Part shown: positions 49,001 through 58,874 of the stretch, in pieces
Layout: every line of letters begins with the position of its first letter
Numbering within the stretch: position 1 is the stretch's first letter
Assembly (NCBI GenBank): GCA_964395095.1
Contig: CAYMZZ010000003.1
Coordinates: forward strand, 195,601 to 259,600
Reading direction: 5' to 3'
DNA length: 64,000 nucleotides
DNA from: an uncultured Citrobacter sp.
GTDB taxonomy: Bacteria; Bacteroidota; Bacteroidia; Chitinophagales; Chitinophagaceae
Notes under the pieces: model-generated
What the model was told of the DNA's origin: nothing
Databases searched by the model: none
The model's input: the letters and a program-made list of their open reading frames with translations, nothing else
Translations under genes and position numbers: made by a program

Positions 49001-52000
49001 TTACAAAGGCCCAGCTCAACCCAAATCCCCCGCGGTCGCCTTCGGTAATCTTTTCGGAAAATACCCGGATACCACTTTTCCATTCCAAAGCGCTGCGCCG
49101 GCTTTCTTTACCGATGGAAGGGCGGTCCATAAAATGCAGTAGATAAATATCCTTTGCCGAACTGCCCAGGCTTACACGTGCTTCTTCGCCGGGCTCCACG
49201 GGGCGGCTGCCTTCCACCCATAAATATTGCGGACGGTTCAGCTCATTTTTTTCCGGCGCATAAAGCTCCAGGTATTGGCGTGCCTTCACTTCCTTTCCAA
49301 AAGCGTCCGTACTGCTAAACTCCAGTACATAAAATCCTGCGGGCCAGTTTTTCTTTTGCCAGGTCCATTGGCCATCGGCGCGACTGCTATCGCTTTGCTG
49401 TAAAATTTCGGCTTCCTTCTCCCAGCTCTGGTAATCGGACTCGTTATCGTATTCATCCAGCGGGAAATGGCGCAGGTACTCCTGTTTCGACAGCAGAAAC
49501 TGATCGGGCCGCTCCCAATACCGATCCCGTATCAGCCGGTTTTCTGTTTTTAGGCGATGGACTTTTAGCGCCACTTTCGCAGGCACAAATTCATCAGCCA
49601 TATTGCGGGTGCGGACGGTGATTTTGTGCAGGCTGTCGACCGGTAATTTTTCTGGCAGGTAAATGTCCAGCTTTAGTGCCGTATAAGCCGCGGTGATGCT
49701 GGTTTCACCACTGCGGGTTTCGCCATTTATATCCGTTACGTCGGCCGTTACCTGGTAATCGAAATAAGGGTTCTGTGCCGGATCAATTTTTTTGTCGGGA
49801 ATGGCCAGGAAGCGGATCTCAAATCTTCCATCGGCATCCGTGGTTAATTCGCCATGGGCAATTTCCCTTTCTTCCGATGAAGGCCACCAACTGCGGCCCC
49901 ACCAGGGGTAGGGGAACCGGGCTTGCCTTACCACGCGATAACGTACTTTGGCGCCATCGATATTGTTGCCGGCATAAGCCCTGGCCAGGCCGGTAACGCG
50001 GATGCTGTCGCCCACCCGGAACGATTCGCGAATGGGTTCATAGCTCACTTCAAATTTGGGTCGCTTGTATTCTTCTACCCGAATATCAGCAGACCCCTGT
50101 TCGCTTTTCGTAAAAAGGGTAAAAGCGCCCGTTAATCCGCTGGAGGGTAGAAGGAAGCGTGCCGAAAAACTTCCGTATTCGTTGCTTTTTACAGCAACAC
50201 TGTCTACCGTTTGGCCATTGGCATCACGCAGGTAGAGCTTTGTTTTTCGTTCGGCAACAATTTCAGGAAGATTGTTTTCCTGATACTGCTTCAGCATAAT
50301 CCCTTTTACGAATAAGGTTTGCCCGGGCCGATACAGGCTGCGATCGGTGAACAGAAAAAGGGATACAGGATTAGATTCCTCAACCCCTTCTCGGGGATAC
50401 CATATATAAGTGGAGTTCTGTAGAAACAATTCATCGGCCCCATACCTGATTTGGAACCGGGTGCTGCGGGAATAATAATTGTCCTCATCGTTTCTACCGA
50501 TTTTTTCATTGAAATAGCCCTGCTCATCGGTTTGAAAAGCGCGACCTTTTGCCCAGGTATAGCGGCTCAGTTTGCTGTCATAGCTTTGTGTCCAGGTTTG
50601 CACCTGTGCGCCTCGCAGGGGTTTGCCCGTTTCGCGGTGCAGCACATAGTAATGGTTGTCGCGATGGATATAGCTGATCTGCGATACATGGAACTGGCCA
50701 TAGCCACGCACGCGACTGCCTTCCTTATCCATTGCCGACGAACTGGCCAACAGTAAATAATTCCCATTTTCCAGTCCATCAATTTTGATTTCTACCCGAT
50801 GAGTCTGATAGTCTCCGGTTTCGGGCAGGTTCTGTTGCCAGTTGCGGATGGGTGCGGCTTTTTCCAATGCCGACCAGGTGGCGATTTCATCTCCAGTCTC
50901 AATCATCTTTTGCAGTTCCTCCGACCAGCGCAGGATACGCAATTCCAGGGTGGATACATTTTTATAGCTCACCAAAGCACGGAAGGGCTGCGAGGGCAGG
51001 TATACCAGCTCCAATTGAATGTTTAGGTCATTGTCCAGTATCTCGCGCTTCAGTTGCCGGGCATTGTACCAGCCTTCGCTGGTATCTTTCGTGGCGGTAT
51101 TCAAAGGGTTGGCCAGTATTGTCTCGCAGATCTCCAGCGCTTTTGCTTTTTCGTATCGATAACTGGTATCCGCATGGGGACTATATTGTTCCCCGCGATT
51201 GCGGTGGTATTGCGCCACCAGAAACCAGGCCTGCGCGGCGGCGGGTTGTTGATTGTATTGATGTGCGATATGATTGATAGAGAGAAAATAAAGCTCCTCT
51301 TTATCGGGATGGGTGGATTGGTTGCGGACAAATTGTAGTCTTGCCAGGTCCACATCAATCAGCGCTTCATGGCTTTTGTCGTGCAGGTGAAAGCGAACCA
51401 GACGTTGGTAGAGCAGCAAAGCCTGGTAGATGAGCGAATTGCTGTCGTTGCTTTCGAATTTCCGGTGCACAAAATCCGCCGCGGGATCAAAAGCGGCGGC
51501 TAAATCCAGTTCAAAAGCCTCGGTAGGTTCCTGCAGGGTCGATTCTCCGCTCTTGAAATATTCGAGTGCCTGGTGTGCGAGCAGATCGAAAAGGGTGGGG
51601 CGCAATGAACGGCTATTGCCTTTGAGGATGATGGCATCAAAAGCCGATACCGGTGTTTTTTGCAACAAGGGCTCATCCTGAAGTGACTGGCGGAACAATT
51701 CGGTAATGCGGGTATGCAAATGGCTGGCCGACCAGGTATCGATATCCGTCGCATTATAATCGGCGACTGTGGTTTGCTGGTAGAGCCGCCAGCGGTTCAT
51801 TTGAAAATAGTTCCAGTACCTCCCTGCCAGCAGGCTTTGTAGAACCGCTTTGGCGGGCGTTTGAATTTTTGTCAATTCCTTTTCCCATTCACGAATCACC
51901 AGCTTTTGGTTGTCTTCCCGGGTCTCTTCCTGCAAATCGGCCATAAAGATCAGGCATTTCAGGCGCTGCGGCTCCTGTTGCTGCTTCAGGGCCAGCGCAT

Positions 52001-52169
52001 ATATCTTCTTCACCTCGGCCAGGGCCGACTGGGGCTGTTCTTTTTTAACAAATTCTTCAACCCTTTTCCATTCCTTTTCAAATGGAGAACCGGGTTGCTG
52101 GGCTGAATTATCCATAGTAATAAAGAGGCTGCTGATAAGGAAAATGAGTGCCAGACAGGGTTTCGACAT
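46056..52169 (-). CDS. alpha-2-macroglobulin family protein (large, thioester-type)
   Basis: 2037 aa with a signal peptide and MG-domain-like repeats. A CxEQ thioester-type motif, FPYECAEQNW, has its Cys codon at 47706-47708 (residue ~1488). Confidence 0.85.
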   Translation of the reverse strand: MSKPCLALIFLISSLFITMDNSAQQPGSPFEKEWKRVEEFVKKEQPQSALAEVKKIYALALKQQQEPQRLKCLIFMADLQEETREDNQKLVIREWEKELTKIQTPAKAVLQSLLAGRYWNYFQMNRWRLYQQTTVADYNATDIDTWSASHLHTRITELFRQSLQDEPLLQKTPVSAFDAIILKGNSRSLRPTLFDLLAHQALEYFKSGESTLQEPTEAFELDLAAAFDPAADFVHRKFESNDSNSLIYQALLLYQRLVRFHLHDKSHEALIDVDLARLQFVRNQSTHPDKEELYFLSINHIAHQYNQQPAAAQAWFLVAQYHRNRGEQYSPHADTSYRYEKAKALEICETILANPLNTATKDTSEGWYNARQLKREILDNDLNIQLELVYLPSQPFRALVSYKNVSTLELRILRWSEELQKMIETGDEIATWSALEKAAPIRNWQQNLPETGDYQTHRVEIKIDGLENGNYLLLASSSAMDKEGSRVRGYGQFHVSQISYIHRDNHYYVLHRETGKPLRGAQVQTWTQSYDSKLSRYTWAKGRAFQTDEQGYFNEKIGRNDEDNYYSRSTRFQIRYGADELFLQNSTYIWYPREGVEESNPVSLFLFTDRSLYRPGQTLFVKGIMLKQYQENNLPEIVAERKTKLYLRDANGQTVDSVAVKSNEYGSFSARFLLPSSGLTGAFTLFTKSEQGSADIRVEEYKRPKFEVSYEPIRESFRVGDSIRVTGLARAYAGNNIDGAKVRYRVVRQARFPYPWWGRSWWPSSEEREIAHGELTTDADGRFEIRFLAIPDKKIDPAQNPYFDYQVTADVTDINGETRSGETSITAAYTALKLDIYLPEKLPVDSLHKITVRTRNMADEFVPAKVALKVHRLKTENRLIRDRYWERPDQFLLSKQEYLRHFPLDEYDNESDYQSWEKEAEILQQSDSSRADGQWTWQKKNWPAGFYVLEFSSTDAFGKEVKARQYLELYAPEKNELNRPQYLWVEGSRPVEPGEEARVSLGSSAKDIYLLHFMDRPSIGKESRRSALEWKSGIRVFSEKITEGDRGGFGLSWAFVKDNRFYQHNETMVVPWSNKDLNVEYLSWRDKTLPGSAETWTIRISGAKKDKVATEVLASMYDASLDQFYPHAWRKPSIYPNYFNRHSWKGENFRANPITNVWREPGQYDYTFIKEYDRLEHLIGSLLWPQELQGLATKSGRRMPLAYDLGSASITIDTLPVYNLNDPTKIDKFQIIPSVEVLRDAVIAPGKKEQSPAPRKNFNETAFFFPDLRTDSTGAVEFSFTMPEALTRWKFQALAHSKELALGYSSREMVTQKELMLQPNPPRFLREGDQMEFSAKLVNLTEKELTGEVRLELLDAATNKPLDSRFRIVVPRQYFTAAAQQSASVSFQLQVPFQFTQPITWRMIAVADKHSDGEEANLPVLSNRMLVTESLPLQMKGNGNKTFSFDKLKESGNSPTLQSQRLTVEYSSNPIWYVVQALPYLMEFPYECAEQNWNRYFANALAAHIANSSPRIRAVFEKWKEKDTAALISNLQKNQELKNILLEETPWVLEAQSETAQKENIARLFDQQALQSELRGTLAKLKEMQNPSGAFPWFKGGPDNRYITQYILSGIGHLQKLKALPAMQENEWMAILRSGLGWLDRQMQEDHQQLLKQKTDLKKYTLNSTQVQYFYLRSFFPAEKITAVAQKAVDYFRGRLSQSWLKTGKYQQAMIALSLHRSGNSVVAKNILKSLKETTVYSEELGRYHKSATRSWWWYEAPLERQALMVEAFLEINNDSKTADEFRTWLLKNKQTNRWESTKATAEACYALLLQQNAWQDASAQVTIRLGSTEMSSTTTTTEEGTGYFKQSLEAEEIKPEMGAIALEVKQPAGSAPASSWGAVYWQYFEDMDKISPSATPLQLEKKLYVQKNTDAGPVLEELQEGAYLEVGDKVVVRIILKADREMEYLHMKDLRAAGMEPVNVMSGYKWQGGLGYYESTRDAATHFFFQHLRRGTYVFEYSLFASHAGDFTNGITSIECMYAPEFRAHSEGIRVRINAQ

Positions 52170-52204
52170 AGATCAAAGGTTTATGCAGGTACAAGGTAAA
52201 GAAA

Positions 52205-52385
52205 GTTTTAAGTTTTAAGTTATAAGTTTTAGGTTGGAAGCAGGTTCGATATTGTTCTTAAAGCCAGTCCTAAATTGGTAATTGGGCTGATCATGGGTTT
52301 CAAATAATCGCCAGAGTAAATTTTCCAAAACTTCAATCATTATCTCCTAGACTCAACCCTCACTCAAAACTTATAACTTAAAACT
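52205..52385. repeat. inverted word-repeat element (GTTTTAAG/GTTATAAG words)
   Basis: gttttaagttttaagttataagttttaggttgg ... ctcaaaacttataacttaaaactc. Confidence 0.7.
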
Positions 52386-52558
52386 CGGGGCGCCTTCAGA
52401 CTTCTTCAAATTCCAAACGTTTAATCGCTCTCAAACTATCGTTTCCCCTTAACAATTTTCTTTTTCCCTTTAACTTTTCCTTCTTCAAATTCTGGCACGA
52501 TGGCATGTGCTTTGGAATAGAAAAGACAGATTCACTATTGAATCGAACTTTAAAACGG

Positions 52559-53302
52559 ATGGTTATGAAAACAATTTTTACACTGATCAGTTCTCTGTTG
52601 TTGAGCATGACATTGCTCGCCAACAATGGCCGCAACCGGAGTGAGGTAATGGTTCGTTCGATGGACAATGCGGACATCCGCGTGGTGATGGATGGCCGTC
52701 GTTTTGAACCGAATGATAATGCCCTCATTATCCACAACGTAAAAGCCGGCAAACACGATATTAAAGTGTATCGCCAGGCACGCCGCGGCATTTTTCATGA
52801 GTTTGCGAACCGCTATGAGCTGGTATACAGCGGCCGGATTCAGGTGAAGAACCGTACACAGCTTTTTATCAGCATTGAGCGAAATGGTTTTGTGAATATA
52901 GCCGAAAACCGGATACAGGGTAATGGCCGCTTCGATGACCGTCGCCATCGCGACTTCGACTTCGACGATGGTGGCCACCATGGCGACTACGATACCCGCT
53001 ATGGCTACGAAAGAGGCATGCAGGACCGCGAGTTTGAGCGCGTCCTCCAAAGCATCGACAGGGAATGGTTTGAAGGAACCAAGATAAAGTCGGCGGTACA
53101 TGTTGTACGAAACAACAGGCTGTCTACCGACCAGGTGAAGGAGTTGATGCGTCTTTTCCAGTTTGAGAACAACCGCCTCGAGTTGGCGAAGCAGGCTTAT
53201 GAAAACGTGGTAGACAAGTGGAACTACCGGGAAGTGTACACGATGTTGAGCTTCGAAGCCAGCAAGCGAGAGTTGGAGAGGGAAGTGATGAGTAGAAGGT
53301 AG
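52559..53302 (+). CDS. DUF4476 domain-containing protein
   Basis: Signal peptide MVMKTIFTLISSLLLSMTLLA. The C-terminal LSTDQVKELMRLFQFENNRLELAKQAYENVVDKWNY is the DUF4476 pattern. An internal Met is preferred over the track start at 52505. Confidence 0.65.
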   Translation: MVMKTIFTLISSLLLSMTLLANNGRNRSEVMVRSMDNADIRVVMDGRRFEPNDNALIIHNVKAGKHDIKVYRQARRGIFHEFANRYELVYSGRIQVKNRTQLFISIERNGFVNIAENRIQGNGRFDDRRHRDFDFDDGGHHGDYDTRYGYERGMQDREFERVLQSIDREWFEGTKIKSAVHVVRNNRLSTDQVKELMRLFQFENNRLELAKQAYENVVDKWNYREVYTMLSFEASKRELEREVMSRR

Positions 53303-53347
53303 GAATTTGTGAATTTGAGAATTTGGGGATTTGGATTTTTTAATAAC

Positions 53348-53381
53348 GAAGGTCTTCGGGTTTGACCCGGAGACCTTTTTT
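53348..53381 (+). terminator. intrinsic terminator for the DUF4476 gene
   Basis: gaaggtcttcggg-tttga-cccggagacctt followed by a T6 run. Confidence 0.7.
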
Positions 53382-53590
53382 GATTTGCTCGGTAGTTTTT
53401 ACAGGGTTTGAAACGGATGAAATTCGGGAAAGGTGTACCGCAACGAACGCAATGAAGTCGCAACGAACGCAACGAATTTATCAGGACAATTTATTGCTAA
53501 GTTCCTATTGTAAAAGTTTTGCTGAAGTGTTATCGCTGGGTTCGTTGCGCCTTCTTTGCGGTGAAAATTCAATGAGTTTAGAACAGATCT

Positions 53591-53631
53591 TAAAATAAGA
53601 AAGGTCTCCGGGCCAAACCCGAAGACCTTTC
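53591..53631 (-). terminator. intrinsic terminator for sucD
   Basis: The minus strand reads gaaaggtcttcggg-tttgg-cccggagacctttc followed by a T-rich run (ttattttaag). Confidence 0.65.
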
Positions 53632-53727
53632 ACTATAGAAGAAAAAAATAATCAAATCCCAAATCCCAAATCCTCAAATTCTCAAATCTCCAAATTCTAC
53701 CTATCCCCACTTACAACTTACTACTTA

Positions 53728-54606
53728 CTACTTACCACTTACTACTTCCTTCATCTTCTTCCCAATATCCGCGGGGCTGCTTACAACATGGATGCCGCAG
53801 GCGGCCATAATTTTCATTTTGGCTTCGGCGGTATCATCGGCTCCGCCCACAATGGCACCGGCATGGCCCATACGGCGGCCGGGAGGGGCTGTTTGTCCGG
53901 CAATAAAGCCTACTACCGGTTTTTTATTGCCATTGTCCTTGATCCAGTTGGCGGCTTCGGCTTCCATGCCTCCACCAATTTCGCCGATCATCACAATCGC
54001 ATCGGTTTCGGGATCGTTCATAAAGAGTTCTACGGCTTCTTTGGTGGTAGTGCCAATGATGGGATCGCCACCGATACCTACGGCGGTAGAAATACCCAGT
54101 CCGGCTTTGGCTACCTGGTCGGCGGCCTCATAGGTAAGGGTTCCTGATTTGGAAACGATACCGATGCGGCCCTGCTTAAATACGAAGCCGGGCATGATGC
54201 CCACTTTGGCTTCACCGGCGGTGATGACTCCCGGACAGTTGGGTCCTATAAGGCGGGTTTGCTTACCCTGCAGAAAATTCTTTACGCGCACCATATCCTG
54301 CACAGGTATACCTTCGGTAATGCAAACCACCAGGCGAATACCCGCATCAGCCGCTTCCATAATGGCATCAGCCGCAAAAGCGGGCGGTACAAAAATGATG
54401 CTCACATTGGCTCCGGTCTGCTTCACGCAATCCGCTACGGTATTAAAAACAGGTCGGTCCAGGTGCGTACTTCCTCCTTTGCCGGGTGTAACCCCTCCCA
54501 CTACCTGTGTGCCATACTCTATCATTTGAGAAGCATGGAAACTGCCCTCCGTACCCGTAAATCCCTGAACCAGCACTTTGGATTGCTTATTGACCAGTAT
54601 ACTCAT
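53728..54606 (-). CDS. sucD: succinate--CoA ligase subunit alpha
   Basis: [41 protein letters not shown] and the phosphohistidine loop RMGHAGAI. Confidence 0.95.
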   Translation of the reverse strand: MSILVNKQSKVLVQGFTGTEGSFHASQMIEYGTQVVGGVTPGKGGSTHLDRPVFNTVADCVKQTGANVSIIFVPPAFAADAIMEAADAGIRLVVCITEGIPVQDMVRVKNFLQGKQTRLIGPNCPGVITAGEAKVGIMPGFVFKQGRIGIVSKSGTLTYEAADQVAKAGLGISTAVGIGGDPIIGTTTKEAVELFMNDPETDAIVMIGEIGGGMEAEAANWIKDNGNKKPVVGFIAGQTAPPGRRMGHAGAIVGGADDTAEAKMKIMAACGIHVVSSPADIGKKMKEVVSGK

Positions 54607-54660
54607 GAATGATGTTTTTGATTAAAAAGTGGGGCAAAAATAGGGCAAAAGGGCGAAGTT

Positions 54661-54792
54661 GGGAGTAGTAAGTTGTAAGTTTTAAGTTCATTTCGTGAGG
54701 CGTGAACCGTGAATCGTGAGCCAGGAGGTGAATCGTGGTGAATAGGGCTCCCACTTAAAACTTAAAACTTAAAACTTAAAACTCATAACTTA
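54661..54792. repeat. inverted word-repeat element (GTAAGTT vs CTTAAAA words) with an internal CGTGAAT/CGTGAGG run
   Basis: gggagtagtaagttgtaagttttaagtt ... gggctcccacttaaaacttaaaacttaaaacttaaaactcataactta. The right arm overlaps the stop codon of the ABC ATPase gene. Confidence 0.75.
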
Positions 54793-55563
54793 TGAATTCC
54801 TCCCTTCCTCCATCCGCTTCTCTTTCGCATCGCGCAAGAATTCGGAGGCGAAGATGAAATCGTTTAATCGCTGATTTTTGCTGAAAATAATCTCCCTGTT
54901 GCTGCCTTCCCATTCCTTATTGCCCTGGTACATGTAGAGGATATAGTCGCCTATTTCCATCAGGCTGTTCATGTCGTGGGTATTTACGACTGTGGTGATA
55001 TTGTATTCCCGGGTTATTTCCTGAATCAGCTTATCGATTACCAGGGATGTTTGCGGGTCGAGCCCTGAGTTTGGTTCATCACAAAAAAGATATTTTGGAT
55101 TGAGTACGATGGCGCGGGCCAGGGCCACCCTTTTTTTCATGCCACCACTCAATTCGCTGGGGAATTTCTTATTGGCATCCACCAGCTTCACGCGGGCAAG
55201 CACCTCGTTCACCCGCTTTAATTTTTCCGCCAGCGTATCACGGGTAAACATATCCAGCGGAAACATTACATTTTGTTCAACGGTTAAGCTATCAAAAAGC
55301 GCCGAGCCCTGGAAAAGCATGCCAATCTCTTTGCGGATCTCGGTTTTTTCCTTATTACCCATATGCGTGAAGTCCTGCCCATGGTAAAGCACTTCACCCG
55401 CATCGGGCGCGAAGAGGCCTACCATGCATTTCATGAGTACGGTTTTGCCACTGCCGCTCGATCCGATGATGAGGTTACACTGCCCGGCCTTCATGGTCGC
55501 GCTCACGTCATTGATCACCACTTTGTCGCCAAATACTTTTCGTATGTTTCTTACTTCAATCAT
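54790..55563 (-). CDS. ABC transporter ATP-binding protein (MlaF-like)
   Basis: Walker A GSSGSGKT, signature LSGGMKKRVALARA, Walker B LFCDEP. It is adjacent to an MlaE-type permease. Confidence 0.85.
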   Translation of the reverse strand: MIEVRNIRKVFGDKVVINDVSATMKAGQCNLIIGSSGSGKTVLMKCMVGLFAPDAGEVLYHGQDFTHMGNKEKTEIRKEIGMLFQGSALFDSLTVEQNVMFPLDMFTRDTLAEKLKRVNEVLARVKLVDANKKFPSELSGGMKKRVALARAIVLNPKYLFCDEPNSGLDPQTSLVIDKLIQEITREYNITTVVNTHDMNSLMEIGDYILYMYQGNKEWEGSNREIIFSKNQRLNDFIFASEFLRDAKEKRMEEGRNS

Positions 55564-55593
55564 GTATCAATCAGGTTCGGGGCTTTGCCTCGG

Positions 55594-56331
55594 TTACAGC
55601 AACAATGCCGATAATAAATAGTCCGCAAAAAGTAACATTATACAGCTTACCACTACCGCCTTGGTGCTGGATCGGCCTATTTCCAAAGCACCTCCCTGCA
55701 CATAATAACCAAAGAAAGCGGGTATGCTACAAATTATAAAGGCAAAAGTGTAGGATTTGGCCAGGGCAAACGTAACATTGTAAGGGACAAATGCCTCGTG
55801 CAGCCCCTTATCAAACATATCGGTACTGAGAATACCTGCCATTTCACCTGCCAGTCGCCCACCCCAGATACCGAGCGCCATGGCTATGATGACCAGCAGG
55901 GGAATCATGAGCAATCCGGCTGCTATCTTCGGTAGTATCAGGTAGGTCTTGGTATTGATGCCCATAATCTCCAGCGCATCGATCTGCTCGCTCACACGCA
56001 TATTACCCAGCTCACTGGCGATCTTGCTGCCTACAACACCGGCCAGTACAATACAGGTGAGGGTGGGGGCAAACTCGAGGATGACCGTGTCGCGCACGAT
56101 TTGCGCGATGGTGGACTTGGGAATTAGCGGTGTTAGCAACTGATAGGCCGTTTGCAGGGTAGATACCGCGCCGATAAATACGGAAATGATGGCCACGATA
56201 CCCAGCGAGCCGATGCCGATTTCCGAACACTGGTGCATAAACTCCTTCCAGTACATCTTTCCGTTTTCAGGACGGGAAAACATGCCTTTGAGCATGAGCA
56301 GGAATCGGCCTATGTCGCGGATGAAATACAA
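55594..56331 (-). CDS. MlaE-family ABC transporter permease
   Basis: 245 aa, polytopic, with conserved ...RVSEQIDALEIMGI..., typical of MlaE/TTG2B permeases. Confidence 0.8.
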   Translation of the reverse strand: MYFIRDIGRFLLMLKGMFSRPENGKMYWKEFMHQCSEIGIGSLGIVAIISVFIGAVSTLQTAYQLLTPLIPKSTIAQIVRDTVILEFAPTLTCIVLAGVVGSKIASELGNMRVSEQIDALEIMGINTKTYLILPKIAAGLLMIPLLVIIAMALGIWGGRLAGEMAGILSTDMFDKGLHEAFVPYNVTFALAKSYTFAFIICSIPAFFGYYVQGGALEIGRSSTKAVVVSCIMLLFADYLLSALLL

Positions 56332-56367
56332 GAGGGGAGTTTTAAGTATTAAGTTATGAGTTTTGAG

Positions 56368-58713
56368 TTAGATGTCTTTACTCACTTTTTTAAATCTTTT
56401 CCACCAGGTGCTGCGTTTCACTATTTCTTCCGTGGGCGCGTTCTTACACTTTATCTGCGCATCCAGCACGGCTATCAGGGCCATATTGTAGATGCTGCGA
56501 ACGGAGCTTCCCAATTGCAGCACATGCACCGGTTTTTTCAATCCCAGCAGAATGGGCCCCACGGCATCCGCATCGCCCAGTTCTTTGAGGATATTGTAGG
56601 CAATATTACCCGCGGCCAGGTTGGGGAATACCAGCGTATTCACATCCTTATCTACCAGCTCGGAGAAAGGATAGTTTTCTTTCAGCAATTCCTTGTTGAA
56701 GGCGACATTGGCCTGAATTTCACCATCTACAATCAGCGATGGCATTTTCTGCTTAACAATTTGCCTGGCTTCAGACACCAGTCTTGCTTCCGGCGAATTG
56801 CTGCTTCCGAAATTGGAATAGCTCAGCATGGCAATGCGCGGAATGATATTGAAATGACGCACTTCACGCGCAACCTGCAGGGTGATTTCGGCCAGCTCTT
56901 CGGCCGTAGGGTTGAAATTGACGGTGGTATCGGCCAGGAACAGGGGGCCTTTTTTCGTGAGCATGATATACATGCCTGCGATCTTTTTCACGCCCTCTTC
57001 GGTGCCGATGGTTTGCAGTGCCGGACGAATGGTGTCGGGATAATTTTTGGTAAGGCCGGAGATCATCGCGTCGGCATCTCCACATTCCACCATCATACAA
57101 CCAAAATAGTTGCGGTCGCGCATAATCTTTTTCGCTTCGTAAGCATTAAAGCCCCTGCGGGCGCGCTTCCTGAAGAAAATCTCCGCATAAGCCAGTCTTT
57201 TTTCTTCCGTGGCCTCGCTGCGGGGATCATAAATGGGCAGGCCTTCTATATCAATTCCGTTGCTTGCTGCCATCTGGCGGATTTTTGCCTCATCGCCCAG
57301 CAGAATGGGATAGCCAATACCCTCGTCAAATACGATTTGCGCCGCCTTGAGTATTTTGATATTGTCGGCTTCGGCAAATACGATACGCTTGGGATCGCGA
57401 CGGGCTTTGTTGCCGATGACGCGCATCACCTGGTTGTCGAGCCCCAGGCGGTTATTCAGATCGGTTTCATAAGCTTCCCAATCAGCAATCGGGTGCTGGG
57501 CTACACCGCTTTCCATCGCCGCCTTCGCCACGGCTGGCGCCACTGTTGCCAGCAGGCGGGGGTCCAGGGGTTTGGGAATAATATAAGTGGGGCCAAAAGC
57601 CATGCTCTTTTCATTATAGGCCATGGTCACGATATCGGGAACGGGCCATTTGGCCATTTCGGCCAGCGCTTTCACGGCGGCCATCTTCATCGCTTCATTG
57701 ATTTGCCTCGCACGCACATCGAGGGCACCACGGAATATGAAGGGGAACCCCAACACATTATTCACCTGGTTGGGATAATCACTACGGCCGGTAGCCATAA
57801 TGATATCTTTACGGGCGGCAGTGGCATCTTCCCAGGAAATTTCGGGGTCAGGATTGGCCATCGCAAACACGATCGGATTTTTCGCCATCGACTTCACCAT
57901 TTCCCCACTTACCACATTTCCGGCGCTAAGACCGATGAATACATCGGCATCCTTCATCGCCTGTTCCAACGTAATATCCGTTTTCGCATTCGCGAACTTT
58001 TTCTTCAGTTCATCCAGGTCCTTACGTTCCTTATGCAGGGCGCCTGTTCGGTCAAACATGGTAAAGTTTTCAAAGCGCGCACCCAGGGCCACATATAGTT
58101 GCACACAGGCCATGGCAGCGGCACCCGCACCATTCACGACAAATTTGACGCGGTCAATCTTTTTCTTCTGCAATTCCAATGCATTCAGCAGGGCAGCGGC
58201 GCTGATGATAGCCGTACCATGCTGGTCATCGTGCATCACCGGAATATTAAGCTGCTTTTTCAGTTCCTGCTCAATATAAAAGCATTCGGGCGCTTTGATA
58301 TCTTCCAGGTTGATGCCACCAAAAGTGGGCTCGAGGGCCTTTACGATCTGAACAAATTTTTCGGGATCCTTTTCATTGATCTCAATATCAAAAACGTCGA
58401 TGTCGGCGAATATTTTAAACAGTACGCCCTTTCCTTCCATCACGGGCTTGCTGGCTTCGGGGCCAATATCGCCCAATCCCAGCACGGCAGTACCGTTGCT
58501 GATAACGGCCACCAGGTTGCCCTTGGCCGTGTATTTATACACGTTTTCGCGATTGGCTGCTATTTCCTTACAGGGTTCGGCTACTCCGGGCGAGTAGGCA
58601 AGCGAAAGGTCGCGTTGGGTCTTGGCTTCTTTGGTAGGTATTACTTCAATTTTTCCGGGTCTTCCTTTGGCGTGGTATTCAAGTGCTTGTTGCTTACGCA
58701 GTTCGCTTTTCAT
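56368..58713 (-). CDS. maeB: NADP-dependent malic enzyme (malic enzyme domain plus PTA-like domain)
   Basis: 781 aa with N-terminal [15 protein letters not shown]...[11 protein letters not shown]...[15 protein letters not shown] and NAD(P) site NGAGAAA. The C-terminal ~330 aa are phosphate acetyltransferase-like. Confidence 0.9.
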   Translation of the reverse strand: MKSELRKQQALEYHAKGRPGKIEVIPTKEAKTQRDLSLAYSPGVAEPCKEIAANRENVYKYTAKGNLVAVISNGTAVLGLGDIGPEASKPVMEGKGVLFKIFADIDVFDIEINEKDPEKFVQIVKALEPTFGGINLEDIKAPECFYIEQELKKQLNIPVMHDDQHGTAIISAAALLNALELQKKKIDRVKFVVNGAGAAAMACVQLYVALGARFENFTMFDRTGALHKERKDLDELKKKFANAKTDITLEQAMKDADVFIGLSAGNVVSGEMVKSMAKNPIVFAMANPDPEISWEDATAARKDIIMATGRSDYPNQVNNVLGFPFIFRGALDVRARQINEAMKMAAVKALAEMAKWPVPDIVTMAYNEKSMAFGPTYIIPKPLDPRLLATVAPAVAKAAMESGVAQHPIADWEAYETDLNNRLGLDNQVMRVIGNKARRDPKRIVFAEADNIKILKAAQIVFDEGIGYPILLGDEAKIRQMAASNGIDIEGLPIYDPRSEATEEKRLAYAEIFFRKRARRGFNAYEAKKIMRDRNYFGCMMVECGDADAMISGLTKNYPDTIRPALQTIGTEEGVKKIAGMYIMLTKKGPLFLADTTVNFNPTAEELAEITLQVAREVRHFNIIPRIAMLSYSNFGSSNSPEARLVSEARQIVKQKMPSLIVDGEIQANVAFNKELLKENYPFSELVDKDVNTLVFPNLAAGNIAYNILKELGDADAVGPILLGLKKPVHVLQLGSSVRSIYNMALIAVLDAQIKCKNAPTEEIVKRSTWWKRFKKVSKDI

Positions 58714-58874
58714 ATGTAGTTTTTAAGAAAATCGGCCCGGTTGGTCCGGGAATTATGGCCGATAAACGGTCGCAAGGTACAAAATAAATATTCCCGGCTT
58801 TTTTCGACCGTTTATCCAGTAAATTTTGTGTTTCAGTCAGTTTTGTTCATCTTGTTCACGCTATTTCCCACAAA

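Larger units (their letters stand above)
53303..53727. repeat. large nested palindromic intergenic element containing twin terminator hairpins
   Basis: The outer arms are GAATTTG words (53303-53340) against CAAATYC words (53651-53700). Near-identical inverted hairpins lie at 53348-53381 and 53600-53631. Inner GCAACGAAC words (53440-53475) face ggttcgttgcg (53539-53550). GTAAGT-type words follow from 53709. Confidence 0.85.

Noticed and set aside
56356-58098. 580-aa plus-strand ORF (and 58099..58719)
   Set aside because: It is antisense to maeB, which has unambiguous malic-enzyme motifs. The composition is that of a shadow ORF.
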